Assembly: GCA_027923505.1 (NCBI GenBank)
Contig: BROI01000002.1
Location: 558,001-622,000, forward strand
Length of the DNA stretch: 64,000 bases
Source of the DNA: Mayamaea pseudoterrestris
Lineage: Eukaryota
Direction: 5' to 3'
Part shown: positions 12,501-22,682 of the stretch, one piece after another
Layout of the letters: every line of letters starts with the position of its first letter
How positions within the stretch are numbered: position 1 is the first letter of the stretch
Position numbers and translations under genes: made by a program
Notes under the pieces: generated by a model
Database searches by the model: none
Seen by the model: the letters and a program-made list of their open reading frames with translations, nothing else
Told to the model about the DNA's origin: nothing

Positions 12501-13002
12501 TCGATCGGCTGGAACGACTGTTGCACCCTCATCAATATATACTTCATCACTAAATCCAGCCTTGACGCCAGCTGCGAATACAACAAGCAAATCATTGAGC
12601 TCAGACTCATATCTGTCTGCAAACTGCCTGCATCATAATTTCAAGTATTTTCTACTCACCGCCCTCCTGCACCAAGACGCGAAATCCAGCCTTGGTCAAT
12701 GTCAAGACGGAGTCGGGTGTTTGCGAAACGCGATTCTCGCCTTTAAAGTCCTCGGCGAGTACGCCAATGGTAAGCTCGGAATAATGAATCGGCTGACCAA
12801 GGATTCGAGACTTTGGAATGGAAACTGATGAAACCTTTGTTTCGGACTCTCGTTCAATCGTGGCCCAGAGAGGAGACAAGGTTCCTTGTAAGAAATCAGC
12901 CTTGCCATGAGGAGTAGTAACAGGCCGGTTTAACCTTAGACTCCGTGGCTGAAAGGCCTCGACAGCCGCAAATAATACGAGAACGGAATCGATTAACCTC
13001 AT
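9567..13002 (-). CDS. NNT: Proton-translocating NAD(P) transhydrogenase, single-chain alpha-beta fusion, with bipartite presequence; intron 12572-12659
   Basis: ENRVSQTP, spliced [61 protein letters not shown]-terminus [19 protein letters not shown]. Confidence 0.95.
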
Positions 13003-13349
13003 GTTTAAATGTAACAAGTGCCGATGTTGACAATTGAAGCAACAGCGGTGCAAGGATCCTTGGGACCATTCGGTCGAGATCTTTTGGCGCATCTGCCTCG
13101 CGTCAAAACCGAACAGGTGAACCAGTGCGACGCGAAGCAAATGATGAGTCGCGCTCAGACTCTTTTTGATCCGTTGGTTTTGTTCCATGGATCGTCGATC
13201 CTTCGGAAAGACATCCTTCGATCCTACTTTGGCCAAGTTGAGAACGACGCTTGCTTCCCTCCTCGGCAGCATGCTGTCCAAGCTTCACAATATATCGCCT
13301 TGAGCGAGATTGAGAGAGAGCCCTTCGCAAGCAACAAACAAAAGTAGCC

Positions 13350-14522
13350 ATGGTTCATACGCGCCACCAGGAAACAAAGCACGAGCGGACCGACGAGGAA
13401 GCGCCAGTGGAGAATGAACCCGTCTCCAAGCAAGCCAGGCGAGGTGGAAGCAAGACGGGTGGCGGACGCGGGTCGAACCAGTACCAGAAAAAGCCCAAGG
13501 AGGATGAACGCGAGGAGGAAGAGCATGGCCGCCGCGGGTCCAATCAGTACCAAAAGAAGCCCAAGGATCATCATGAGGAGGAAGAGGAGGAGGAGAAAGA
13601 GGAGGAAGGCCGTGGACGCCGCGGATCCAACCAGTTTGCAAAGAAGCCAAAGCACGAAGGCGAGGAGGAAGCGCGTCGCGACCAGGGAGAAGAAAAGCAT
13701 GGGCGCCGAGGATCCAATCAGTTTGTAAAGAAGCCGAAGAATGAAGGACAGGAGGAAACGACGCAAGACCAAGGCCAGGGAGAAGAGGGACACGGGCGCC
13801 GCGGATCCAACCAGTACCAGAAAAAACCCAAGAGCGAAGGCAAGCAAGGTGGGCGTGGACGCCGTGGATCGAACCAGTATCAGAAGAAGCCAAAGAATGA
13901 AGGCGAAGAGGACCGAGATGAGCCGACTGAAATGTACGTCAACAGACTGCCCGTTTTGGCGTTGTGGACGTCGGTCGTAAGCGAATGTTTGGGCTTTTCT
14001 AAAGAAGAAGCTTACACGTACGGCGACTGGGTGGCCGGAACTTTGTCTCATGCGAACGAGCGTCAGCGTGAACAGTATCGGGCCAAGATCAAAGAGTCGA
14101 CTATTCTGGATGATACAGGTGATCGCGAAGCATCAATTGTGGATGCAGATCATGTTCAAATTATGGGCTCCGTTAACATCCCAGTTATGGAACTGGACGG
14201 TAATCTTGTCGCCATGAAGAATAAGCAAGTGATCGACCCCGGAGAAGCACAGCAATATCTAGAGTCTGTGTTTGGCGACAATTTAGAGACAGCCTACAAT
14301 GCCATGATGAAGGTGGCGAAAGGTATTAAGCCCGACGAGCTTCGCATGCGCTCGTATGAACTGTACGAGCAGTTTCGCCCCGAGTGGAAAGGGTGGGGCG
14401 TGCCAGGAAGATTGGAGTTGGAAGAGATTGAGATCGCGGCTGAATATTTGGAGGGTGAAGGAGACGATGACGAGGATGAAGAAGATTACAAGGAAGGTGA
14501 CGATGTTGAAGCGGATGAATAG
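13350..14522 (+). CDS. Unknown protein: six G(R)RGSNQ(Y/F)xKKPK repeats in acidic linkers plus a conserved C-terminal domain
   Basis: 390-aa ORF; C-terminal domain (NRLPVLALW...LYEQFRPEWKGWGVPG) clearly homologous to the 16200-16880 product. Confidence 0.8.
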   Translation: MVHTRHQETKHERTDEEAPVENEPVSKQARRGGSKTGGGRGSNQYQKKPKEDEREEEEHGRRGSNQYQKKPKDHHEEEEEEEKEEEGRGRRGSNQFAKKPKHEGEEEARRDQGEEKHGRRGSNQFVKKPKNEGQEETTQDQGQGEEGHGRRGSNQYQKKPKSEGKQGGRGRRGSNQYQKKPKNEGEEDRDEPTEMYVNRLPVLALWTSVVSECLGFSKEEAYTYGDWVAGTLSHANERQREQYRAKIKESTILDDTGDREASIVDADHVQIMGSVNIPVMELDGNLVAMKNKQVIDPGEAQQYLESVFGDNLETAYNAMMKVAKGIKPDELRMRSYELYEQFRPEWKGWGVPGRLELEEIEIAAEYLEGEGDDDEDEEDYKEGDDVEADE

Positions 14523-14644
14523 GCGGGCGAAGGTAAATCTAAAGTCAGCGACGCTGCTTCACATATGCATGATGCAATCCTGTACCTTCTTTGCACGTTG
14601 TATAAGAAATTAATAATATTAGTATGCAACAATACGTGTCTAAG

Positions 14645-15901
14645 CTACCGATTATGAGTCACGTGAAGCATGCCTTTCGCCCATTCGTAGACGACAAACA
14701 TGGTGCCCACCATCGGGATCACTTTGAGCAATTCAGGCGTCAATCCTCGATAGAGGGCCGTTAAACCTTCCTGGAAGAAGAGTTTGGAAAATTGCTGTCG
14801 ACTTGACAGACGCAAAGCTGGATCAGTCACGTGCAAATTCTGAACTTGCATGCGGCGACGAATTGTATCCATGGGGAAGGTAATGAGCGTGGCCAAAATG
14901 CCACTTGAAGCTCCACATGCCAGCGTTAGTACCATGCCTAGCTTGTTTTCTCCGCTGTCCGCGTCAATTTTTCGTAAATTGTAGAATAGATCATCGTCAA
15001 GCAAGTGTTCCTTGAGCGTGCCGTACACCGTATAAGAGACACCAAAGTTTGGAATTGCCACAAGCAACGTCGGCCAAATACCGGCATAAAATCCTCGCAG
15101 TCCTTCGGCACGATAAATCTTGACAAAGCAGTCGGTAATGCCTCGATAATGCTCGGCGCCTTCCAATTCCGTCACCAGTCGAGTTCGGACCAAATCGAGT
15201 GGATAGCAAGCAAGACAAGCCGACACTCCAGCGAGTGAACCACTGATAAACTTGTGAAGAGCTGGTGTCTCGTCGGGAGTAAATGTTGCTGGCGTTTGAT
15301 GTGGTATGCTTGTGCTTGTCGATGACGAGCCTTGAGCGGAAGCTCGTCGTTGTCTCTGCAACTCCAACTTTCGTTCTCGCTCCTCCACGTCGCGCTGTTC
15401 CTTCATGGTGATCTTGGACAGTCGTCGAACTAGCTGCGCCTGTGTTTGACTCTCAGCTTCTCTAGCCTGAGCGTCTCGTCCACTCAGAACGTCGAGTGAA
15501 TGTTCATATACAAAAAAGTTAATCGCGCTGTAGGGAAATCTATGCAAAACGCTGGTCATGTTTCCCTTCCAAAAGCTTTTAATGCCACCTCGTTCAATAA
15601 TCTTGTGAATTCCACCCGACAAAGACATGGCAAACTTGGGACGATTCTCTCGTGTCGTCACAAGGGAATGCACCTGAAACAGAATCGTTAGCCGTGAAAA
15701 TGGAGCAGTCAGCGTCTTGGCGGCACTCCCAGCCAGACCGCCGCATATCAATTGCTTTGCAGCTTCTGTATATCGCGAATCATTGACCGGACCAGAGAGT
15801 CGATCCTCCTCTGGTAATCGTCGTCGCAGTGGTGGTTGTAACGTGTTGTCGGAATGAAGATGTTCCTTCGACTCGGACTTGATGGAATCAGGATTGGTCA
15901 T
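14645..15901 (-). CDS. Mitochondrial carrier family (SLC25) protein, nucleotide/CoA-carrier-like
   Basis: Three carrier repeats with Px(D/E)xx(K/R)-type motifs (APFSRL, YPLDLVRTR, FPMDTIRRR); FWKGN...FPYSAINF. Confidence 0.9.
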   Translation of the reverse strand: MTNPDSIKSESKEHLHSDNTLQPPLRRRLPEEDRLSGPVNDSRYTEAAKQLICGGLAGSAAKTLTAPFSRLTILFQVHSLVTTRENRPKFAMSLSGGIHKIIERGGIKSFWKGNMTSVLHRFPYSAINFFVYEHSLDVLSGRDAQAREAESQTQAQLVRRLSKITMKEQRDVEERERKLELQRQRRASAQGSSSTSTSIPHQTPATFTPDETPALHKFISGSLAGVSACLACYPLDLVRTRLVTELEGAEHYRGITDCFVKIYRAEGLRGFYAGIWPTLLVAIPNFGVSYTVYGTLKEHLLDDDLFYNLRKIDADSGENKLGMVLTLACGASSGILATLITFPMDTIRRRMQVQNLHVTDPALRLSSRQQFSKLFFQEGLTALYRGLTPELLKVIPMVGTMFVVYEWAKGMLHVTHNR

Positions 15902-16199
15902 GGTGCCCGAGTAGAGTGTGCTAATTTACTTGCGGCGCTTTTGTGTGAGATTGAGTACAATATCACCTTAAGCAAAACGCTTTCCAGTGCACGTTGCGGG
16001 AGAGTAATGGTTTACGCCAGCGCCAGCGCGATGAGGTTTCCGTCGTCCTTTTCCATGGTCGGCAACGAGTCGAGGCGTTTCAGCTGGGACAGAAAGGGGC
16101 TTAACAAGAAATGACTGGCACGGAAAAACATTGCAGGCATATATAGAACTGATTAGCTATCGTGTTTCTCTAATGTAGCAAGTGAAGGTACCGTATCGT

Positions 16200-16880
16200 C
16201 TACTTTCCACCTGCTTTAAACGCCATATTATGAAGCTTCTCCAAATCGAAGTGTCCCTTTGCCCCGCGTTTGTTCGTCTCTGGTTTAAATTCACTTAACA
16301 ACTCATAGGCGCGATTGCGCACATCGTCCGCGTCAAGGCTCTGCGCCAGTTCCATCATGGCGTCATGCGTGCTCTGCAGCTTGTCGCCAAACTTCTTTTC
16401 CAAATAGCGGCGGACCGTCTCCGGCTTGATCATGGTGCCTTTTTTCGCCATGATAGCGAATAGTTGCCCATCCACTCTCTTGACGGGAATTTTCATCTGC
16501 GCAAACACGTTTACGTGATTTTCGTCTACTACATGTTCTTCACGTTGGCCTTTGGTATCAGTTTTTCCCTTTTGCTTGTCACTTGGTCTTGTTGACTCAA
16601 CCTTGCGACCTCTGGTAGCAGCCAGCGAACTCGACACCCACCGCCCATACGTGTAAGCTTCATCAGTGCTAAAACCCAGGCGTTCCGCAACTACCGACAC
16701 CCACAATGTGAGAACAGGAGCTCTATTAATGTCGATTTCGTCATCCGACTCTTGACGTTTGGTAGCGCCTTGCTTTTTCGTGCGCCCTTTACTGCCAGTA
16801 TCAACATCCCGCTTCGCTTTCTTCGCCTTTGGCTCCTCCGAGGACGCTGCCTCGTTGTCATGCTTACGGCCCTTTGTCAT
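16200..16880 (-). CDS. Unknown protein, paralog of the C-terminal domain of 13350-14522, with basic N-terminus
   Basis: INRAPVLTLWVSVVAERLGFSTDEAYTYGRWV vs VNRLPVLALWTSVVSECLGFSKEEAYTYGDWV; colinear similarity to the end; KAKKAKR NLS-like. Confidence 0.8.
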   Translation of the reverse strand: MTKGRKHDNEAASSEEPKAKKAKRDVDTGSKGRTKKQGATKRQESDDEIDINRAPVLTLWVSVVAERLGFSTDEAYTYGRWVSSSLAATRGRKVESTRPSDKQKGKTDTKGQREEHVVDENHVNVFAQMKIPVKRVDGQLFAIMAKKGTMIKPETVRRYLEKKFGDKLQSTHDAMMELAQSLDADDVRNRAYELLSEFKPETNKRGAKGHFDLEKLHNMAFKAGGK

Positions 16881-17074
16881 CGTCGCTGCTTTGAAATATG
16901 AATGATCTCTTGAGCGTTGGTTCGCAAGTGTAGTGTTCTCAAACCGCAATCAAGCAGCGCTTCGTAAGCGAGTTCGCATCGAGCTACTTGTAGCGACGAC
17001 GTAGCTGGGCAGTACCGCACGGACATCTCGGACGCGGATCGTTTCACATCAACGCAGAACCTCATTAGCTGACC

Positions 17075-18634
17075 ATGATGGCAAATGCAAGCTCACCCGA
17101 CAGTGAAGCTCCTGCCGGCAGCCTTCATCCTAGCGAGACAGAACAGGACGAGCAGAAGGTCAATGCTGAAGATGGGAACGAGAATGAAATAAATACCAAG
17201 AGCGACGCGGAGCCACAGGAGTCGGAGCCGGATGATGACAGCGATGATGCTGCGCATGATCATGAATCGACAATAAATGTAAATGAAGCACCTTTGGCAC
17301 CAGCAAATAACACGAAGCAAGATGCAGACTCTCAATCCTTGTCAGACGAAGAAGAAATTCTCGGAAGCATTCCCGAGACTGTGGGTGGAACTATTGCGAG
17401 CCCTGCCTTTTGTTTACTTGCCGGTTGCGTCATGGAAGATAACGTCTATCGACCAGCAAACATTGCAATCACCTGCCTACCTGCAACTCTGGGACGTCAT
17501 CGCATGTCTGACGATGAGAATTTTATTTCCATGGGTAAGCTTCGAGTCTTGTCGCGGCAAATGTTGCGCATTGATTATCGCACCAGGGACGGCACGTTAC
17601 TTCACGAAAAAGGCAAGTTTTCGTTTGTCAAAGACAAGGCGGAAAGAAAATTCATCGGATCCATTCCAGTATCGCCTGATGAAGCCTTCTTTTCTGTGAC
17701 GAGCTTGGGAAAGAATAACATTCATGTCAATGGCAAGCGACTCTCGCAGGGCCAGTCTGTTCAAGTTGCCAATGGCGACGCGATTAAAGTGTCTTGCTAC
17801 ATGCTTTACTTTCTCTTGCCGACGCAAGCACCAACGCAAACCATGCAGTTTGGAGCGAGTAGTCCAAAGAGAAAGGCTCCAACGACCAAGAAACGCCCGG
17901 TGCCACTGACAGTGGTCAGCACGGCCATGCCATCGATCATTACAAAGAAGAAGAAAATTGCAGCAGTCCCCACCGCCACCAGTACGCAAAGTGCTATCAG
18001 CGGCGGCACTACGGGTAGCAACGTTGGTGGCTGGTTGAACCTTCAAATTGAGCTGGACGCCACACCGACGGACGAACTCTTGGTGCAGTGCGTTGACGCT
18101 ATTGACGCTGGCTCGTGGGATCGTCGACTAGGTATGCTCGGTAATACCATTGCATATCGCGCCGTGGTAGCCTGTGCTACTGATCCTCGCATGCAGAACC
18201 AAGACGTTGAATCAAACGGCGTTGAGCGCAACGACGTGTTGAACTGGATTAATGACTCGTATATGTATGGTGAATGGTCGCGAAAGATCCAGACGAAGGT
18301 GGAGAGCAAAACGTTCATTGCTAACCTTACCAAAGCAATGACCAAGGCGGGATACACGCGAACGACTAACTTAGGGCGATTCATTCGATGGAATTTGCCA
18401 GGTATCTCTGTGCCCAATACAAACGCAATGATTGGTGACGAGGGCAAGGAACCTGCCGATGAAAAATCAGTGGAAGGCAATGGAAGCGATGATGCACAGA
18501 GCGAAGAAGAAGGCAATGAAGACGAAGCGCCTAGTGGTGCCGAGGGGAAAGAGTCGGAGGACCATGAGAGTCATGACGATGGCTTGATTGAAGAAAAATC
18601 TGCTGGTCAGGCGACATCAGCGGATACTGAATAA
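17075..18634 (+). CDS. FHA-domain nuclear protein
   Basis: LGR...LSRQ...LGKNNIHVNG...GDAIKV FHA pattern, basic NLS-like stretches, acidic termini. Confidence 0.7.
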   Translation: MMANASSPDSEAPAGSLHPSETEQDEQKVNAEDGNENEINTKSDAEPQESEPDDDSDDAAHDHESTINVNEAPLAPANNTKQDADSQSLSDEEEILGSIPETVGGTIASPAFCLLAGCVMEDNVYRPANIAITCLPATLGRHRMSDDENFISMGKLRVLSRQMLRIDYRTRDGTLLHEKGKFSFVKDKAERKFIGSIPVSPDEAFFSVTSLGKNNIHVNGKRLSQGQSVQVANGDAIKVSCYMLYFLLPTQAPTQTMQFGASSPKRKAPTTKKRPVPLTVVSTAMPSIITKKKKIAAVPTATSTQSAISGGTTGSNVGGWLNLQIELDATPTDELLVQCVDAIDAGSWDRRLGMLGNTIAYRAVVACATDPRMQNQDVESNGVERNDVLNWINDSYMYGEWSRKIQTKVESKTFIANLTKAMTKAGYTRTTNLGRFIRWNLPGISVPNTNAMIGDEGKEPADEKSVEGNGSDDAQSEEEGNEDEAPSGAEGKESEDHESHDDGLIEEKSAGQATSADTE

Positions 18635-18775
18635 GCTGGAAATCGGAATAAGCTGGATAGTAATTTGTGTCATCAATGTAATCCGTTCTACAATGTATAC
18701 TAGTACCTAAAAGTCATAGCTTTAATGTATGCTGCACTGCTAATTTTAAATTTGCGCTCGCTACTCGAATGGCCT

Positions 18776-20911
18776 TTACACTCGCGTCGGTCGAAACGTT
18801 ACTGTAGGAAATCGTGCCTCCGTCGGGCTCGGCGTTGCCACTAAAGGAGCCGCTGTTGGAGCGGTGGTATCCAAATTAGGGAAGTAAATGTCGTTGTCGT
18901 GAAACTCGTATACGCCTCGTCGATACTCGTACTCGGAGATGGGATCTAATATCTCAAACCACGGCTCGACATTGCAGGTTTCATTGCCGCCGGAAATCAC
19001 GTCAGTGCAACATTCGGTGCAGCATGATGGTGTTGGGCAGCTTATTTCGCTGCAGTCGGATATGAAGTAGTCAAGCTGGCTGTATGGGTGATCGCACACC
19101 TGAGACGCCATTGAACTAAATTCATTGTGATCCAGCAACAGACTTCGAAGCTGCTCGAGCGATGCCAGTGATCCAGGTACTTCGCCTGTCATCGTGTTTT
19201 GATTCAAAAACAAGAATTGGAGATTTGTGGCGTCTCCAATGTCAGTTGGAAGGCCTCCAGTCAGACTATTATATGAAAAATCCAATAGTTTTAACGACGT
19301 GACCTGCCCAAAGCCAGACGGAATGCTTCCTTGTCGTTTAGTCGCCTGCAACGACAAATCCTCTATAGTTGAAAGTTTCGTCAAAGTTTCTGGAATGGAA
19401 CCTGCAATAAAGTTGTTATAGGCGAGAAAGAGATACCTGAGACGAACCATACTGCTCCAATCCGTTGGCAAGGTTCCATCAAATTTGTTTTTACTCAAGT
19501 CAAAGTGTGCCAAATTAGTCATGTGCGTCAAAATAAAATCAAAATCACCATGCAGCTGATTGTTGTGTAGAGCTAGCAGCGCGACTTTGCTGTCGGGTGG
19601 GATCGAATCGGGTATGGTTCCACCAAACATGTTGCCGCCCAAATCGATAATTTCCACGTGCTCTCTCGAGAGCAGGTTCCCTGGAAGCGAGCCCGTTAGA
19701 TGATTGTTGCTCATATCGATAATTTCCAAAAGTGGCCAGCCGAAGAGATAGTCAGAATCCAGCTTGCCAAAAAAGCTATTGTTGGCGGCAATGAGGTTCC
19801 TCACGTTTCTGAGTGGAGCGAGTTTCCCAACATTGTCTCGAAGGTCATTATAGCCAATATTGATCGTGGCGAGATCGGCAAGACTCGAGAGATCAGGTAG
19901 CTCACCACTGACTCCGGTATTCGCAAGATTGAGCGTCGTCAATTGGGAGAGTGATCCAAGCCAATTCGGCAACATGCCTTGCAAAAAATTGTTGTGGAAA
20001 TCAATGTGCTGCAGATAGGTCAGCTGTTGAAGCGCTTGAGGGAACTCGCCAGTCAAATCGTTCTCCCATAGAACAAGACCTTCCAATCCAGTCAATATAC
20101 CTAGCTCTCGAGGTAGCTGTCCTCGCAAACCTGCGTTTGGCAGCACAATCTCCTTGACCTCCGTTCCTCCATGGCATTTGGCCCCTATTTGGATCCAAAC
20201 TCCAACATCCACCGTCTTAAACGGCGCATGCCAGTCACAAACCGAAGTAGCGCTGAGCCATGTCAGCTGACTTTCATAAAACCAGCGCTCGCCTTCCAAT
20301 GTATAGTAAAAGACGGCGAGGGCGTATCGCTGCCGAAACTCAAGCGTGTCGCCTACATCCACATTCATAGGGTCATTGTCTGCCACCCAGTTTGCTGCGC
20401 GAAATTGTGGACTGTCCTGCTTGCGAGCCTCCTCGGCGTCGCTCCAGCCCATGCTAGTGACAAAGTCAACGACTTCCAGCGTCTGCGTGTCAAACATGTG
20501 CGTGGGGCGGCCAGTTGGAGGTACGCTAGCAAAGTCGCCACCGAAGGGGTCTTCGACGTTAGACCCTTGCTTTGCTTCCTTCTTTCCAACACTGACTCCA
20601 ATAGAGACGCTGAAAATGACTACAATCGAAAGGACTATGCCCCATATCATGTATTCCTTGTGTTTTTTCTTGGATTCCGTGTAAATGCTGCGAGGACTGT
20701 GACTGTCTCGAGCTAGGATCTGGTTGGCCCGAGCTCGACTGGCAGCGACCTGTGACTTGTATTCCTCAATAGCTGGGAGTTGTGATCTCTCCAAATCACC
20801 CTCTGAGTGATCCTCCATTGCTCGTTCCAGTGGAGTCGACGTGACTGCCATTTCGTCTCCAAACGTTTGCGATGAATCATCGTCGTCCTTGTCATCGTAG
20901 CGATCAACCAT
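18776..20911 (-). CDS. Membrane-anchored leucine-rich repeat protein (diatom-type)
   Basis: TM segment YMIWGIVLSIVVIFSVSIGVSVG, SPQFRAANW...QRYALAVFYY...WLS...CDW cap, many LxLxxNxLxGxIP repeats, Cys-rich C-terminus. Confidence 0.88.
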   Translation of the reverse strand: MVDRYDDKDDDDSSQTFGDEMAVTSTPLERAMEDHSEGDLERSQLPAIEEYKSQVAASRARANQILARDSHSPRSIYTESKKKHKEYMIWGIVLSIVVIFSVSIGVSVGKKEAKQGSNVEDPFGGDFASVPPTGRPTHMFDTQTLEVVDFVTSMGWSDAEEARKQDSPQFRAANWVADNDPMNVDVGDTLEFRQRYALAVFYYTLEGERWFYESQLTWLSATSVCDWHAPFKTVDVGVWIQIGAKCHGGTEVKEIVLPNAGLRGQLPRELGILTGLEGLVLWENDLTGEFPQALQQLTYLQHIDFHNNFLQGMLPNWLGSLSQLTTLNLANTGVSGELPDLSSLADLATINIGYNDLRDNVGKLAPLRNVRNLIAANNSFFGKLDSDYLFGWPLLEIIDMSNNHLTGSLPGNLLSREHVEIIDLGGNMFGGTIPDSIPPDSKVALLALHNNQLHGDFDFILTHMTNLAHFDLSKNKFDGTLPTDWSSMVRLRYLFLAYNNFIAGSIPETLTKLSTIEDLSLQATKRQGSIPSGFGQVTSLKLLDFSYNSLTGGLPTDIGDATNLQFLFLNQNTMTGEVPGSLASLEQLRSLLLDHNEFSSMASQVCDHPYSQLDYFISDCSEISCPTPSCCTECCTDVISGGNETCNVEPWFEILDPISEYEYRRGVYEFHDNDIYFPNLDTTAPTAAPLVATPSPTEARFPTVTFRPTRV

Positions 20912-21341
20912 ATTTCACTGAAACTCGAGTTTTCTAGTTTGGCGACAATAGTTAGTTAATGGATGTATTGGGTTGATTCGATGCGTGATGCAGTAAAGGA
21001 AAGCTTCATGGTCGCGGCTGCGGCAGGACTTGGTCATTGTCGAGGGCAGCGGATGCACGAATGATGACCATGACCAAAATGACTGATCGTTGTGAAAACT
21101 ACTGTTTCGCTGCGACACAGAGAGTCGCGCTACGACGATAAGAAGTCGCGGAGTTGTGCCCGTTGGCTAAAATTTTCGATGGTGACTTGAACCGACAATT
21201 TGCCGAAAGTTCAGCTCGCCAAAATAAAAGCAAGAACCACAAACGCACCCCCACCGAGAGAGTTAACTTGAGCGACCGATGCATCCTTCCATCGTTCCAC
21301 CATCTTGACCCAATTCCGATAAACTTATACGTTCATGCAGC

Positions 21342-22370
21342 ATGCACAATGCTAGTAGAAGGCTGCGGGGGCAACATGTTCCAACCGGAACGTTACTTTT
21401 TGTGGTTTGTTTTGTTATTCTAAGCATTTTAAACACGCCGATGACTTGGCGTACGACGAGGGCAACGAGAGTCGATTATTTCAAATCCACTATCACTCCA
21501 GCAGAAAACGTTCCAGTCTTCTACAATCTCTTTGTCGCGAATGAATCGGACAGTGAGCGCGTCAGACAACTAGTGGACGATCAACTCTCTGCTTTGCTGC
21601 CAGAGCATTCAGTTTATATGCACTCTATTGGATATCCATTGCAGATTCCAAATGTAACCCTGCTGCAGCATCATGATGATGGAGACGAAGTGGTAACGCT
21701 TCACTCACTCTGGCAGTATTGCAAGGTCCAACCAAATTCTAAAGTGATTTATATGCACTCAAAGGGTTCGTTTCATTCGACACCAGAGAATGAGCAACTG
21801 CGAAGGTTTTTGACGGCTGGTGCATTATCCGAAGAATGTCTACACTTGCCGGATACCTGCAATCTTTGCGCGTCGCGCATGTCACCCGTTCCTCATCCGC
21901 ATGTACCCGGCAATATGTGGCTGGCAAGATGTCAATACATTCGTCGACTGATTGATCCACTGGTATTCCAAGAAGAGATGAGAAGTGTCACGTATATTCC
22001 CAAACACACAAAGAGGCTGCATTGCTATGGGATTGGAAGATTCGCTGCCGAACACTGGGTGCTCTCGCATCCAGCCAACAGGCCGTGCGATTTAAGCGAC
22101 GATTCAAGCTTTAGCTATGGCTATAACGCTATACCGCCAAGCAATTTCAAAAAGCAGTTGAAAATGGCTCCGCGATTCGCACATGAATTTTACAGTCCTT
22201 TGGATACCCGCAGAGTGCGAGTAGTTCGAGGGAAGCCCGTTTCGTCATTGCCGATTGGATCGTCGCGTAATGATCGCTTGATCGAGTATCAGCAGTTGTA
22301 CAATGAGACTCCATCAAAGGATTGGTGGGGATGGAAACACTATAACATAAAGGAAGAAGCATTGTCTTGA
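21342..22370 (+). CDS. Type II membrane protein of unknown function (possible glycan-modifying enzyme)
   Basis: N-terminal anchor LLFVVCFVILSIL; motifs YMHSKGSFH, GNMWLARC, GRFAAEHW; function is inference only. Confidence 0.65.
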   Translation: MHNASRRLRGQHVPTGTLLFVVCFVILSILNTPMTWRTTRATRVDYFKSTITPAENVPVFYNLFVANESDSERVRQLVDDQLSALLPEHSVYMHSIGYPLQIPNVTLLQHHDDGDEVVTLHSLWQYCKVQPNSKVIYMHSKGSFHSTPENEQLRRFLTAGALSEECLHLPDTCNLCASRMSPVPHPHVPGNMWLARCQYIRRLIDPLVFQEEMRSVTYIPKHTKRLHCYGIGRFAAEHWVLSHPANRPCDLSDDSSFSYGYNAIPPSNFKKQLKMAPRFAHEFYSPLDTRRVRVVRGKPVSSLPIGSSRNDRLIEYQQLYNETPSKDWWGWKHYNIKEEALS

Positions 22371-22682
22371 GCAACATAATTGCTAGATCTTAAGCTACTA
22401 GTAATTGTTGATTGGAACTGTCACAATGTTGTTACCACTTTTGCACGAGTTCATCTTTCCTTGAACGCATTGTATTAAAGAAGCAGACACATAAATCACT
22501 AAAATACTACCCTCTACCGGGATGTAAGCAATACTATCTATTCCGTTTATACGCAGCGAAAATCCAATCGAGGTGCCGACCGTGCACTTTACAGTTTTCA
22601 ACTATGCACGGTAGCAGCTCGCTCCGATAGGATAGAGTATTCATGCAGCCGCTTTCGCAATCAAAACATAGTTGACTAACTT

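Noticed and set aside
13224..14051. 275-aa hydrophobic antisense ORF
   Set aside because: Shadow of the GA-rich repeat protein on the + strand.
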